A stretch of DNA of 64,000 nt from an uncultured delta proteobacterium (GTDB lineage: Bacteria > Myxococcota_A > Polyangia > Fen-1088). The stretch lies in assembly GCA_963796685.1 (NCBI GenBank), contig CAWCMR010000025.1, positions 2,016,001-2,080,000 of the forward strand, in the 5' to 3' direction. Made by a program: the position numbers and the translations under genes. Shown here piece after piece: positions 17,818-27,657 of this stretch. The notes under the pieces are model-generated. The model was not told the DNA's origin, did not search any database, and saw only the letters and a program-made list of their open reading frames with translations. Position 1 is the stretch's first letter. Each line of letters opens with the position of its first letter.

Positions 17818-18672
17818 TCAGCGGCCCAGCATGGCGTCGAGAATCACGGCGCCCATGACCATCACGGCATAATAGTTGATGGCGTGGAAAGCTCGGCGGA
17901 AGCCCTGTTTGCTCGGGACACGCAGCGAGCGCCAGGCTACGACGGTCAGCCAGGTGCCGGCCGCCGCCAGGCCGAGGCCGAGGAAGGGCGAGCTCGACAG
18001 GCCGAAGATGGGAAGCAGCAGCGCCGAGGCCGCGGTGGCCGCGGTCCACATGAAGGTCACCCGCGACAGGGACTCCGTGCCCATGGCACGCACGAAGGTG
18101 GGGAACTGCGCCTGCTCGTAGTCGCCGCTGATACCGAGGGCCAGCAGCCAGAAATGCGGGATCTGCCACATGAGCAAGAAAAACGACAGTGAGAGGATGG
18201 GGCCGTCGAGCACGCCGCCGGCGCACACCCACCCGATGGCCGGGGGGATGGCGCCGATCACGGAGCCGACCACCGAGGCAAGCGAGCTGACACGTTTCAG
18301 GTAGGTGTAGATGCCGTTGTACCAAATCACGGCCAAGGCACCGAGCCCGGCCGCCATCGCCCCGCCCATGAGCCACAGCGAGGCCAAGGCCACAGCGCCG
18401 AGCGCCGAAGCCAGGACGACGGCCCCGGCGGCGGAAATCTTGCCCGACGGAATGGGGCGCTTTCGCGTGCGATCCATCAGGGCGTCCAGCTTGTGCTCCT
18501 GGGCCTCGTTGAGGGCGCACGCGGCAAAAGCAAGGATCAAGACCGCGCCCGACATGGGCAGCAGTCGCCAGGTCAAGGAATGGGTACGCGCCACGTAGCC
18601 GGTCGCGGCGGACACCGTCGACATCATCGAGATGGGGAACTTGAACAGCTGGGCGAAGTCGCGCCGGTTCAC
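17818..18672 (-). CDS. cyoE: Protoheme IX farnesyltransferase (heme O synthase)
   Basis: DALMDRTRKRPIPSG, YTYLKR, GAIPP and WQIPHF motifs. Confidence 0.93.
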   Translation of the reverse strand: MNRRDFAQLFKFPISMMSTVSAATGYVARTHSLTWRLLPMSGAVLILAFAACALNEAQEHKLDALMDRTRKRPIPSGKISAAGAVVLASALGAVALASLWLMGGAMAAGLGALAVIWYNGIYTYLKRVSSLASVVGSVIGAIPPAIGWVCAGGVLDGPILSLSFFLLMWQIPHFWLLALGISGDYEQAQFPTFVRAMGTESLSRVTFMWTAATAASALLLPIFGLSSSPFLGLGLAAAGTWLTVVAWRSLRVPSKQGFRRAFHAINYYAVMVMGAVILDAMLGR

Positions 18673-18682
18673 GAAGGCTCCA

Positions 18683-19618
18683 TCATCGCAGGGATTTGAT
18701 GAAGGCGACCAAATCGTCCACGTCGCGCTCTTTCAAATCCACCTTGGGCATCTGCGCCGCGAAGCCCTTGACGACCTCTTGCGGGGGGTGGTGAATAGAC
18801 CGTTTGATGTAGTCCTCGTCGGCGGTGACGGTCGACTCCTTGCCGTCGGTCAGCACCGCGACCTGGCTGCCCCACAGCCCCTTCCAGGTCGGTCCCACCA
18901 GCTTGGATCCATCGGTGGTGTGGCAGGCCACGCAGCCCTTGAGCTTGAAGGCGCGCTCGCCTCGCGCGGGATCGGGACCGGCGGGTCCGGTCTCCGCGAG
19001 CTTGGGCGGCTCCGCCGATTCGCCGAAATACCACGTCGAGAATGCCCCCTCGGGAATGACATGGACCTTGGACAGCATGTACGAGTGGTTGACCCCGCAC
19101 ATGACCGTGCACTCGATGTCGTAGTCGCCCAATTGATCGGCCTGGAACCACGTGTAGTTGTGCTTGCCCGGAACGACGTCGGACTTGACCCGGAACGCCG
19201 GTATGTAGAACCCGTGCAGGACGTCGAGGGACTTGAGGTTGAGGCGGACCGGCCGTCCGAGGGCGACGTAGAGCTCGCTGGTCTGGCGGCCGTTCGGGTA
19301 GGTAAACGACCACGCCCATTGCCGAGCCGTCACCTGAATCACCATGGCGTCGCGTGGAACCTCGCGCAGGTAGCGATAGTTGGTCCACCCGTAATAGAAC
19401 ATGGTCAAGAACAGAACCAACGGGATCCCGGTCCACAGCAATTCGAGCGTGGTATGGCCGTGGATGTCTTCGGCCTTCGCGCCCTTGCTCCGTCGGAAGC
19501 GCACGACGAGGTAGATCATCACGAAGGTGATGAACACCAGGAACGCGATGGTAAGCGCGGAAATGTAGAGAAAGACCGCGTCGACTTTGTCCGAAACGCT
19601 GGAAGCACCGCCAAACAT
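18683..19618 (-). CDS. coxB: Cytochrome c oxidase subunit II with fused C-terminal cytochrome c
   Basis: DVLHGF, CuA motif CTVMCGVNHSYM, heme motif CVACH. Confidence 0.95.
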   Translation of the reverse strand: MFGGASSVSDKVDAVFLYISALTIAFLVFITFVMIYLVVRFRRSKGAKAEDIHGHTTLELLWTGIPLVLFLTMFYYGWTNYRYLREVPRDAMVIQVTARQWAWSFTYPNGRQTSELYVALGRPVRLNLKSLDVLHGFYIPAFRVKSDVVPGKHNYTWFQADQLGDYDIECTVMCGVNHSYMLSKVHVIPEGAFSTWYFGESAEPPKLAETGPAGPDPARGERAFKLKGCVACHTTDGSKLVGPTWKGLWGSQVAVLTDGKESTVTADEDYIKRSIHHPPQEVVKGFAAQMPKVDLKERDVDDLVAFIKSLR

Positions 19619-19624
19619 CGTCGT

Positions 19625-19927
19625 CTACCTATAGAGATAATCGGCAAAGGTTAGAAGGATGAAGATGACGAGCACGGCGACGGCGATGGCGACCATGTAC
19701 TTGAGCGCCGCGCTCTCGTCCTTGAGGTGCATGAAATAGTAGAAAACCAGGCTGGCCTTGGTGGGGGTGATGACCAGCAGTCCGAGCAGGGCCAGATTCG
19801 GCCGGCGCGCGAGGCTCAGCGCGACCAGCATCCCGGTCAACGTGACCAAGGCGATCCAGACCTTGATGTAGGTCGCGTAGCCGAGGACGTGCGGCTGTTC
19901 GACTTGGGATTGCATGCTTTGGCTCAT
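19625..19927 (-). CDS. Cytochrome c oxidase subunit IV family protein
   Basis: Three TM helices; KASLVFYYFMHLK motif. Confidence 0.9.
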   Translation of the reverse strand: MSQSMQSQVEQPHVLGYATYIKVWIALVTLTGMLVALSLARRPNLALLGLLVITPTKASLVFYYFMHLKDESAALKYMVAIAVAVLVIFILLTFADYLYR

Positions 19928-19945
19928 GGGCGATGGTTCATGGGG

Positions 19946-20581
19946 CTAGGCGGCCAGGTAGAAGAGGGGCAAAAGGAAAATCCAGATGACGTCGACGAGG
20001 TGCCAGTAAAGGCCCGTGTTCTCCAGCTTGATGAAATCGTCCTGGCGGATGCGATCGCGCTTGATGAGGATCAGCATGACCGACATGACCACCACGCCGA
20101 CCGTGACGTGCAAGCCGTGCAGCCCGGTCATGCCGAAGTATAGGCCGAAGAACAGGCGCTCGCCCGGGGGACGTGTCATCAGATGCTCCGCGCCGGGGTA
20201 GAGGCCGTGATGAATCTTGGCCTTCCACTCGAAGAACTTGTTCACCAAGAAGACCACGCCGAGCACCATGGTCGAGCTGAGGAAAATCATGGACTGGAGC
20301 TTGCGCCCGAGACGCAGGGCCACGATGGCCAGCACCATGGTCAAGCTGCTGGTGAGAAGGATGATGGTGTTGGTGACCCCGAGAGTGACGTTCAATTCGC
20401 CCGAAGCATGATGGAAATCGTGCGGGTGCATCGAGCGGTACATGCCGTAAGCCACGAACAAGCCGCCGAACAGGATCAGCTCGGTGAAGATGAAGATCCA
20501 CATGCCGAGCTTGGCGCCGGCATAATCGCGATGCTCGGCGGCATGCTCGCCGGCGGGCTGGGGCTCGGCGGACGCGTTCAT
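19946..20581 (-). CDS. coxC: Cytochrome c oxidase subunit III
   Basis: GMWIFIFTE, TGLHGLHV and YWHLVDVIW motifs; ATG 20581 overlaps the subunit I stop. Confidence 0.95.
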   Translation of the reverse strand: MNASAEPQPAGEHAAEHRDYAGAKLGMWIFIFTELILFGGLFVAYGMYRSMHPHDFHHASGELNVTLGVTNTIILLTSSLTMVLAIVALRLGRKLQSMIFLSSTMVLGVVFLVNKFFEWKAKIHHGLYPGAEHLMTRPPGERLFFGLYFGMTGLHGLHVTVGVVVMSVMLILIKRDRIRQDDFIKLENTGLYWHLVDVIWIFLLPLFYLAA

Positions 20582-22224
20582 GTCGCGGGCTCCTTGGCCG
20601 GGGGATTGAAGGTGTAGGGCGGCTCGGTGATGACCGGAAGAATGTCGAAGTTCTCCACCGGCGGGGGCGACGGAACGGTCCATTCCAAGGTCACGCCGCC
20701 CCACGGGTTGGCAGGAATGTGCGTCTTGCGGAAGAGGCCGCGCAAGAGGTTGGCGAACATGATGAGAAGCCCAGCCACCATGATCCAGGACCCGACGGTG
20801 GCGACGATGTGTCCGGTATGGAACTGGGGAAGGTGATCGTAGTAGCGGCGGGGCATGCCCTCCATTCCCAATACCAGGAACGTGAAATAGAGCACATTGA
20901 AGCCGACGAAGATGTGCACGAAGGCCACGATGGCGGTGCGCTCGTTGTACATGCGGCCGAACATCTTGGGATACCAGTAGTGGATGGCTGCGAAGAAGGC
21001 GAACCCGGTGCCGCCGAACATGACGTAGTGGAAGTGACCCACGATGAAATAGGTATCGTGGATGTGCACATTGATGGCGAGGGCGCCCTGGAACAGGCCG
21101 GTGAGCCCGCCTATGCTGAACAGGAAGATGAAGGCCAAGGCGAAGAGCATGGGCGGGCGCAATTCGATCGATCCCTTGTACAGGGTGGCCACCCAGTTGA
21201 AGACCTTGATGGCGCTCGGGATCGCAACCAGGAAGGTGAGCAGGGAGAAGACGACGATGGCGAATTCGCTCATGCCGCTGGTGAACATGTGGTGTGCCCA
21301 CACCAGCGAGCCGAGGGCAGCGATTCCCATGCTGGAGTACACGATGGCCTTGTAGCCGAAGATGGTCCGGTGGGCGAAGGTCGGGATGATCTCCGAGATC
21401 GCGCCCATGGCGGGTAGGATCATGATGTAGACCGCCGGGTGCGAGTAGGTCCAGAAGAGGTGCTGGTACAGGATGGGATCGCCGCCGATGGCGGGATCGA
21501 AGATGCCGAGATGGAAGACACGCTCGAGGATGACCAGCAAGAGCGTGATGCCGAGGATGGGGGTGGCCAGCACTTGCACCCAGGCGGTTGCGTACAGCGA
21601 CCAGGGGAAGAGCGGCATGCGCATCCAACTCATGCCCTTGGCTCGCATGCGGTGGATGGTGGTGATGAAGTTGAGGCCGGTGAGGATGGAGGAGAACCCG
21701 AGGATGAAGGCGCCGAACACCGCCATGGTGACGTTGGTTCCGGTCCGCACGCTGTAGGGCACGTAGAACGACCATCCCGTGTCGGGAGGTCCCCCGCCGG
21801 TAAACAGCGACAACACGGCGACGGCGCCGCCGGTCATGAACAGGTACCAGGACAGAAGATTGAGACGCGGGAAGGCCACGTCCTTGGCGCCGATCATGAT
21901 GGGCAGAAAGAAGTTCCCGAACACCGCTGGCAGTCCCGGGATCACGAAGAGAAAGATCATGATCACGCCGTGCACGGTGAACATGGCGTTGTAGGTCGTG
22001 GGCTTCATGATCGTGGGGCCCATGGTCAGCTGCTCGATGCGCATGAGCACGCCGATGGTCATGCCCACCAGGAAGAACGTGAGCATGGCGGTGAGATACA
22101 TGAGGCCGATGCGCTTGTGATCCGTGGTGAGGAGCCAAGAGAGAACGCCCTTGCGCGAAGAGCCCGCGTAGAAGTCGGGTTCGCCTGTGGGGGCGACGGC
22201 GATGGTTGCGGCGGCAGTGCTCAC
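20578..22224 (-). CDS. coxA: Heme-copper oxidase subunit I, type A2
   Basis: DHKRIG, YSHPAVY (A2 signature), WAHHMF, HFHY and MPRRY motifs; GTG start at 22224. Confidence 0.96.
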   Translation of the reverse strand: MSTAAATIAVAPTGEPDFYAGSSRKGVLSWLLTTDHKRIGLMYLTAMLTFFLVGMTIGVLMRIEQLTMGPTIMKPTTYNAMFTVHGVIMIFLFVIPGLPAVFGNFFLPIMIGAKDVAFPRLNLLSWYLFMTGGAVAVLSLFTGGGPPDTGWSFYVPYSVRTGTNVTMAVFGAFILGFSSILTGLNFITTIHRMRAKGMSWMRMPLFPWSLYATAWVQVLATPILGITLLLVILERVFHLGIFDPAIGGDPILYQHLFWTYSHPAVYIMILPAMGAISEIIPTFAHRTIFGYKAIVYSSMGIAALGSLVWAHHMFTSGMSEFAIVVFSLLTFLVAIPSAIKVFNWVATLYKGSIELRPPMLFALAFIFLFSIGGLTGLFQGALAINVHIHDTYFIVGHFHYVMFGGTGFAFFAAIHYWYPKMFGRMYNERTAIVAFVHIFVGFNVLYFTFLVLGMEGMPRRYYDHLPQFHTGHIVATVGSWIMVAGLLIMFANLLRGLFRKTHIPANPWGGVTLEWTVPSPPPVENFDILPVITEPPYTFNPPAKEPAT

Positions 22225-23015
22225 GAAGATTCCTTTGTATCGGACCTGGGATGCTTCTTGCGCTTCACGGCCACGGCAAGGCCGAACCCGGCGGCCAGCA
22301 TGATGGTGAAAGCCGCCGCGACGCGCGTGACGTTGAGGGAATACCTGTGGCCGGAGGGGTCGTAGCTGTAGCAGAACCTGAGGAAGCGAGCGATGGTAGG
22401 ACCGGTACGCCCTTGCGCCGCCTCGGTCACGGCCATCTTGACGTCGAAGGGCAGGAAGGTGATCCCATACAGGTAGCGCGTCACCATGCCGGTGGGTGAC
22501 AGCACCATGATGGCGCCCGGGTGAACGTAGTCCTCCCCGTGCTTGGCGAACTTGAACCCGACCGCGTCGGCCAAGCGTTTGGTCGAAATCGGGTCGCCGG
22601 TCAGGAAGCGCCAGGCATTCTGCGGGAAAGCGGGTCCGAGCTGCTTCGTGTAGTTCTTCTTCTTTTCGGCCGCAAGCTCCGCGTTGTCGCGCGGGTCGAA
22701 GCTCACCGTCAGGATCTGGAAGTCCTTCCCCGGGATCTGATCGGTCTTTTGCAGCATCTCGGCCACGCCGTTGAGAAGCGGCGTGCACAGGCCGGTGCAG
22801 CGGAAATAGTTGAGCGTGAGCAAGGTCGGCTTGTCGATGAGATCGTGCAGCGAGACCCGGTCGCCTTGCTCGTCGACGAGCTTGATGTCGAGCGGCACCG
22901 TCTGCCCCAGCTTTTCATCGATGCCGATGTCGGGCGGGTTCGCGGTGGGCGCCGCGGCCAGGGCCATGCGGGCTGGTAGCGACAACAACAGACAGGTTGC
23001 GAGTAGGGTCTTCAT
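22221..23015 (-). CDS. SCO1/SenC family copper chaperone
   Basis: YFRCTGLC (CxxxC), conserved His in YVHP, C-terminal TM. Confidence 0.9.
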   Translation of the reverse strand: MKTLLATCLLLSLPARMALAAAPTANPPDIGIDEKLGQTVPLDIKLVDEQGDRVSLHDLIDKPTLLTLNYFRCTGLCTPLLNGVAEMLQKTDQIPGKDFQILTVSFDPRDNAELAAEKKKNYTKQLGPAFPQNAWRFLTGDPISTKRLADAVGFKFAKHGEDYVHPGAIMVLSPTGMVTRYLYGITFLPFDVKMAVTEAAQGRTGPTIARFLRFCYSYDPSGHRYSLNVTRVAAAFTIMLAAGFGLAVAVKRKKHPRSDTKESS

Positions 23016-23983
23016 GGTTGCTTAGCCTGATCCTCCGAAGGGGCCTGCGCCACTGTCTCGTTACCGAGCAGCGCGCGGGCGATGTCCTGCCACTCGGCGG
23101 CCGTGACATCGGCCAGCGAGGGCGCGAAACCGTTGGCAGGCGCGCCGGCCGCCCAGTCGCGCGCCACGGCGGTGCGGTCGGTGCGCGTCGATGTGGCGGC
23201 CACGGTGCGCGCCACGCGCGCCGGATCCACGATCACCTCGCGCAACAGATCCGCCGTCGGGGAAAGGTCGTCGCGGCCGGGCAGCTTGAGCGGCGGTACA
23301 GGACGCTCTTCTTGCAGCATCTTCGTGATGGCCATGGAGACAGGAATGCGGTTGGGTATGTGAACGCCCTTGGAACGGAACAGGTTGGCCAGCGCCTCGG
23401 TCGCCTTGGGCTCTTCGGGACCGTGATCGAACGCGCCGAGCGAGCGGACGTAGTGCACGAGCGCCATGCGATCCGCGGGAACGATGAAGTCGAAGGCAGC
23501 CATGCCGGTTCCCTTCACGCCGGAGGTGATCGTGGTGAAGATGTCGGTGATGCGGTAGCCGCGCGTCCAGTTGTTGGGCTGGGTGAAGTTGCGCGGCTTG
23601 GGGTTGAGGGTACCCGCCGCGGGGCCGTCGCCGTGCCCGGTCTCGCCGTGGCACGACACGCAGTTCTGCTTGAACAGGGCCTCGCCGCGCGCCAGCAGCT
23701 TGGGATTCGGGGTCATGACCGTCGATGGATCCACGGGCGGCAGATCCCTGCCCTTGCTGGGCGGCATCTCCGTTTGGTCGAGCCAACCCACGCTGGCCGG
23801 CGCCGGCTGGTCAGAAGGCGCGCGCTTTCGCGGCTCGCGCTCGCGGATCAAGGCGGGAAGAATGATCAGCCCGAAGAGCACGAAGGTGATGGCCACGCCG
23901 AAAAAGACGGCATAGCGGCCGACCAGCCCCTGGGCTTCCTCGCGCCACGTGGGTGGGGTGTGCTCTTCGCTCACAGCTGCCAC
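23012..23983 (-). CDS. Membrane-anchored monoheme cytochrome c
   Basis: N-terminal TM; CVSCHG..G.GDGP..LNPKPRNF; axial Met in GTGM. Confidence 0.85.
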   Translation of the reverse strand: MAAVSEEHTPPTWREEAQGLVGRYAVFFGVAITFVLFGLIILPALIREREPRKRAPSDQPAPASVGWLDQTEMPPSKGRDLPPVDPSTVMTPNPKLLARGEALFKQNCVSCHGETGHGDGPAAGTLNPKPRNFTQPNNWTRGYRITDIFTTITSGVKGTGMAAFDFIVPADRMALVHYVRSLGAFDHGPEEPKATEALANLFRSKGVHIPNRIPVSMAITKMLQEERPVPPLKLPGRDDLSPTADLLREVIVDPARVARTVAATSTRTDRTAVARDWAAGAPANGFAPSLADVTAAEWQDIARALLGNETVAQAPSEDQAKQP

Positions 23984-25134
23984 TCCAATCCCTTGGTCAG
24001 CAGCGGGTCGCCTACGGGCATGTCGGCGCCGCGGCCCATGGCGCGACGAATCTGCAGGAGGCCGAGGCCGAGGAAAAAACAGGCCATGACGAGCTCGGGC
24101 CAGCCGAGAAGCGGCCGCGGTCCGAGCACCGGGAAGACTAGCCAGTACATGTCGACGAAGTGCGCGAACAGGAGGGAGAGCATGGCGACGCGCAGGATTT
24201 TCGGGTTCTTCTTTCCCACGGCTCCGATGAGCAGAAAGAAGGGCAGCGTGAAGTGGAAGACCGGCAGGAGCATGGCCACGGGGTACCAGGGGCCTTCGAT
24301 GCGATGCTTAAACCACACCACTTCCTCGGGCAGGTTGGCGTACCAGATCAGCATGTACTGCGCGAAGCCGATGTAGGCGTAGAAGACCGTGAAGGCCAGG
24401 CCCAGGGTACCGAGATTGTAGAAGTGCTTGGGCTTGACCTCGGGCAGGCGGCCCTTGCGAATGAGGCCGAGCACGCCCAGCGCCATGGCGGCGATGCCGG
24501 ACAGGAACGTGCCGGCGAAGAGATACACGCCGAACATGTCGCTGTACCACTCGGGCTCGAGACCCGAGATCCAGTCGAAGGCAAGGATGGTCACGGTGAA
24601 GAAGAAGACCACCACGAACACGGGCGCCAGCTTGCGCGCCCGAATGGTGAACGCGGCGTCCTTGCTTTCGTCCTGGCGCAAAGATCCGCGCACATAGAAG
24701 GAATAGAAGAGCAACCAGAGCAGGGAGCACGCAGCCAGCCGGATGGCGAAGAAGGGCAGGTTCAGCCAAGGCGCCTTGGCGACCAGGATGGGGTTGTGCG
24801 CCGCCTCTGCGCGCGTCCAGGGGAAGAGCACGGGCAGGCTGAAGAAGGCGACAATGAGCAGGGGCACGGCCAGCGGAATCAGGGACGCGATTCGCTCAGG
24901 CACGCGGCGCATGGGCACGCTCCAGTGCGCGCCAACCAGGCGCTCGAGCGCGACCAGGAACAGGTTGCCGAGACCCAGGGTGAGCAGGAACAGCGTCCAC
25001 ACCAGCCAGTTGGCCCAGAAGCGAGTCGGCCCTTCCTGGGTGTAGACCAGCACGGTACCCACCGCGCCGAAGAGGGTCAGCGCAATCAGGGCGTTGCGTG
25101 CGAGCAAAGAGCGGGGAGCGTCGTTCGGGGTCAT
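23971..25134 (-). CDS. actF: Alternative complex III subunit ActF
   Basis: Polytopic; DWISGLEPEWYSDMFG and QYMLIWYANLPEE motifs. Confidence 0.88.
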   Translation of the reverse strand: MTPNDAPRSLLARNALIALTLFGAVGTVLVYTQEGPTRFWANWLVWTLFLLTLGLGNLFLVALERLVGAHWSVPMRRVPERIASLIPLAVPLLIVAFFSLPVLFPWTRAEAAHNPILVAKAPWLNLPFFAIRLAACSLLWLLFYSFYVRGSLRQDESKDAAFTIRARKLAPVFVVVFFFTVTILAFDWISGLEPEWYSDMFGVYLFAGTFLSGIAAMALGVLGLIRKGRLPEVKPKHFYNLGTLGLAFTVFYAYIGFAQYMLIWYANLPEEVVWFKHRIEGPWYPVAMLLPVFHFTLPFFLLIGAVGKKNPKILRVAMLSLLFAHFVDMYWLVFPVLGPRPLLGWPELVMACFFLGLGLLQIRRAMGRGADMPVGDPLLTKGLEWQL

Positions 25135-26276
25135 GGCAGATCCGAGTCCTTGGCGTCCTGGGACCGCTGCAACACGCGCACGTAGTGCACGACGGCCCAG
25201 CGGTCGGATTCATCCAGATCCGGGGCGTAGCTCGGCATGGCGTTCTTACCCAGCATCATTACGCCGTAAATGTAGCCATCGGGCCGGGCGTGCATCTCGT
25301 TCGACAGCAGGTTGCCTGGCTTGGCGCCGTAGGCACGCGAGAGCATGGCCACGCCGTCGCCCACGACACCGTGGCATACCGCGCAGTGGTCGTTGAACAC
25401 CTTGCGTCCGCGCTCGGCGATCTGCCGGGTGAGCGGCAGCGGGTTGCTGAGCATCGCACCGGCCTGCTCCGGGGTGGTGAAGGCGGGCGGAAGATGCCCG
25501 CGCGCCACCGTGCCTGCAACGGCCGGACGCATCCCGCGACCGTCGGCGAAGAACAGGCTCGGGCGGAAAGCGTCGAGCTTGGGTTGGTCGAGCATGTGGA
25601 CGTAAGGGGGAACGACGGGAATCAGCTTCTCTACCGCGTAAAGTCCCGCACCGGCCACCAGGCAAGCGGCGGCGATGGCGGCGATGGTGTGCAGAAGCCC
25701 GATCAGGCTGAGCGGCCGATCGAAAGTTGGAATCGGCACGATCTCCACCGACTCGGCGCCGCTTTCGAGCAAGGCCTGGCGAGCCGCCTCGGCATCGAAA
25801 GCGGCGCTCGTGCTCTCGATGCTGAGCGCGAGCTTGTCGCGCGTGATGCCCGCGATGGCCTTGGAATGCAGCACCGGATGGCCGAAGAAGGGCAGCTTGT
25901 TCAAGGCGAAGAGCATGGCCAGGCCGGCGGTGAAGGTGGCGAACAGCACCGTGACCTCGAACATCACAGGGATGAAGGCCTGCCACGAGAACAGCGCCTT
26001 GCCGTCCACGATCAGCGGGTAGTCCACCGCGCTCGTCCACCACTCGAAGAGCAGCGCCAAGGCCGCACCGAGCAGCCCCATGCCCATCACCAGCTTGCCG
26101 AGTGGCGAGGGCGGCAACCCGACCGCCTTGTCGAGCCCGTGCACCGGGTAGGGCGTGTACGCTTCGAGCCGTCCGAGCTTGCGCGGGCGAATCTGTTTCG
26201 CGGCCTCGATGATCTTGTCGGCTTCGGTGTAGAGGCCCAGAACCGCGAAGGTGCCGGGGGAGGCGGGGCTACTCAT
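25131..26276 (-). CDS. actDE: Alternative complex III ActD-ActE fusion (DUF3341 + monoheme cytochrome c)
   Basis: YTPYPVHGLD and FIPVMFEVTVL (ActD) followed by MLDQPK, GTVARG and CAVCH (ActE) in one ORF. Confidence 0.88.
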   Translation of the reverse strand: MSSPASPGTFAVLGLYTEADKIIEAAKQIRPRKLGRLEAYTPYPVHGLDKAVGLPPSPLGKLVMGMGLLGAALALLFEWWTSAVDYPLIVDGKALFSWQAFIPVMFEVTVLFATFTAGLAMLFALNKLPFFGHPVLHSKAIAGITRDKLALSIESTSAAFDAEAARQALLESGAESVEIVPIPTFDRPLSLIGLLHTIAAIAAACLVAGAGLYAVEKLIPVVPPYVHMLDQPKLDAFRPSLFFADGRGMRPAVAGTVARGHLPPAFTTPEQAGAMLSNPLPLTRQIAERGRKVFNDHCAVCHGVVGDGVAMLSRAYGAKPGNLLSNEMHARPDGYIYGVMMLGKNAMPSYAPDLDESDRWAVVHYVRVLQRSQDAKDSDLP

Positions 26277-27657
26277 AGCCGCCTCCATGTCCTGCCTGGG
26301 CGCCAGGCAGGCTGGCCTTCATCTCGCTGGTGGCGATGACCGGCATGACGCGCGCGAAGAGCAGCACCAGCGTGAAGAAGAGCCCGAACGAGCCGAGCAA
26401 GATGCCGAAGTCGATCTTGGTCGGGATGTACTTGTGCCACGCGGTCGGCAGGTAGTCCTGGCTCAGCGAGATCACGATGATCACGAAACGCTCCATCCAC
26501 ATGCCGAGCGTCACGGCCAGGGCCACGAAGATCATGGCCGGGATGGACCGGCGCATGCGGCGGAACCAGAAGATCTGCGGGATGACGATGTTGCAGGTGA
26601 TGGTGGTGATGCCGGCCCAACCGTAGAACCCGCTGATGTAGTTCATGAAGGTGTGCTGGATGTACGGATTGGCGCTGTACCAGGCCGTGCCGCCTTCCAT
26701 GAAATACGCGTAGCCCATGATGCACGACATGGCCAGGATGAGCTTGTTCATGGTGTCGAGGTGGTTGTCGGTGATGAGGTTCGAAAGGTTCATGGTCTTG
26801 CGAACCACGATCAGCGCCATGACCACCATGGCGAAGCCGGCGAAGATGGCGCCCGCGACGAAGTAGGGCGGGAAGATGGTCATGTGCCAACCCGGCACCA
26901 GCGACACCGCGAAGTCGAAGGACACGACCGAGTGCACGCTGATGACGAGGCCGGTGGCCAGGCCTGCGAGCAGAAGGTACGCCTTGTCGTAGTGGACCCA
27001 GTGCGAGGCCGCGCCCCGCCAACCCATGCTGAGCACGCCGTAGATGCGCTTGCGGATACCCTCGGGCGTGCGATCGCGCATGGACGCGAAGTCAGGCACG
27101 AGACCGAGGTACCAGAACACCAGCGACACCGAAAAATAGGTGCTGACCGCGAATACGTCCCAAATGAGCGGTGAGCGGAAGTTGACCCAGATGGAGCGTT
27201 CGTTGGGGTAGGGAAAGAGCCAGTACGCGAACCACGGGCGACCGGTGTGCAGCACGGGGAAGATGCCCGCGCACATGACCGCGAAGATGGTCATGGCCTC
27301 GGAGAAACGGGCGATGGCGTTGCGCCAGCGCGCCCGGAAGAGAAAGAGGATTGCCGAAATCAAGGTTCCTGCGTGGCCGATCCCGACCCAGAACACGAAG
27401 TTGATGATGCCGAAGCCCCAGGCCACGGGGCGGTTGTTGCCCCACGTGCCGATGCCGTAGTACAGCGTCCAGCCCATGCAGAACACGCCGATGCCGAGCG
27501 CGGTCAGGGTCACGGCCAAGGCCAGGTACCAGGCGCGCGGCGGTCGCCGATCGGGGAATTGCAGAACCTGATCGTCGAGGGAGCCCGGCGTGACCCTGCC
27601 CTCGATGAGCTCCATCGGCGCCAGCGCCGCCGGCAGCTCTGCCACCGCGGACTTCAT
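26269..27657 (-). CDS. actC: Alternative complex III subunit ActC (NrfD/PsrC family)
   Basis: NFVFWVGIGHAGTLISA, HTGRPW, SPLIWDVFAVSTY and GMWMERF motifs; ATG 27657. Confidence 0.93.
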   Translation of the reverse strand: MKSAVAELPAALAPMELIEGRVTPGSLDDQVLQFPDRRPPRAWYLALAVTLTALGIGVFCMGWTLYYGIGTWGNNRPVAWGFGIINFVFWVGIGHAGTLISAILFLFRARWRNAIARFSEAMTIFAVMCAGIFPVLHTGRPWFAYWLFPYPNERSIWVNFRSPLIWDVFAVSTYFSVSLVFWYLGLVPDFASMRDRTPEGIRKRIYGVLSMGWRGAASHWVHYDKAYLLLAGLATGLVISVHSVVSFDFAVSLVPGWHMTIFPPYFVAGAIFAGFAMVVMALIVVRKTMNLSNLITDNHLDTMNKLILAMSCIMGYAYFMEGGTAWYSANPYIQHTFMNYISGFYGWAGITTITCNIVIPQIFWFRRMRRSIPAMIFVALAVTLGMWMERFVIIVISLSQDYLPTAWHKYIPTKIDFGILLGSFGLFFTLVLLFARVMPVIATSEMKASLPGAQAGHGGGYE

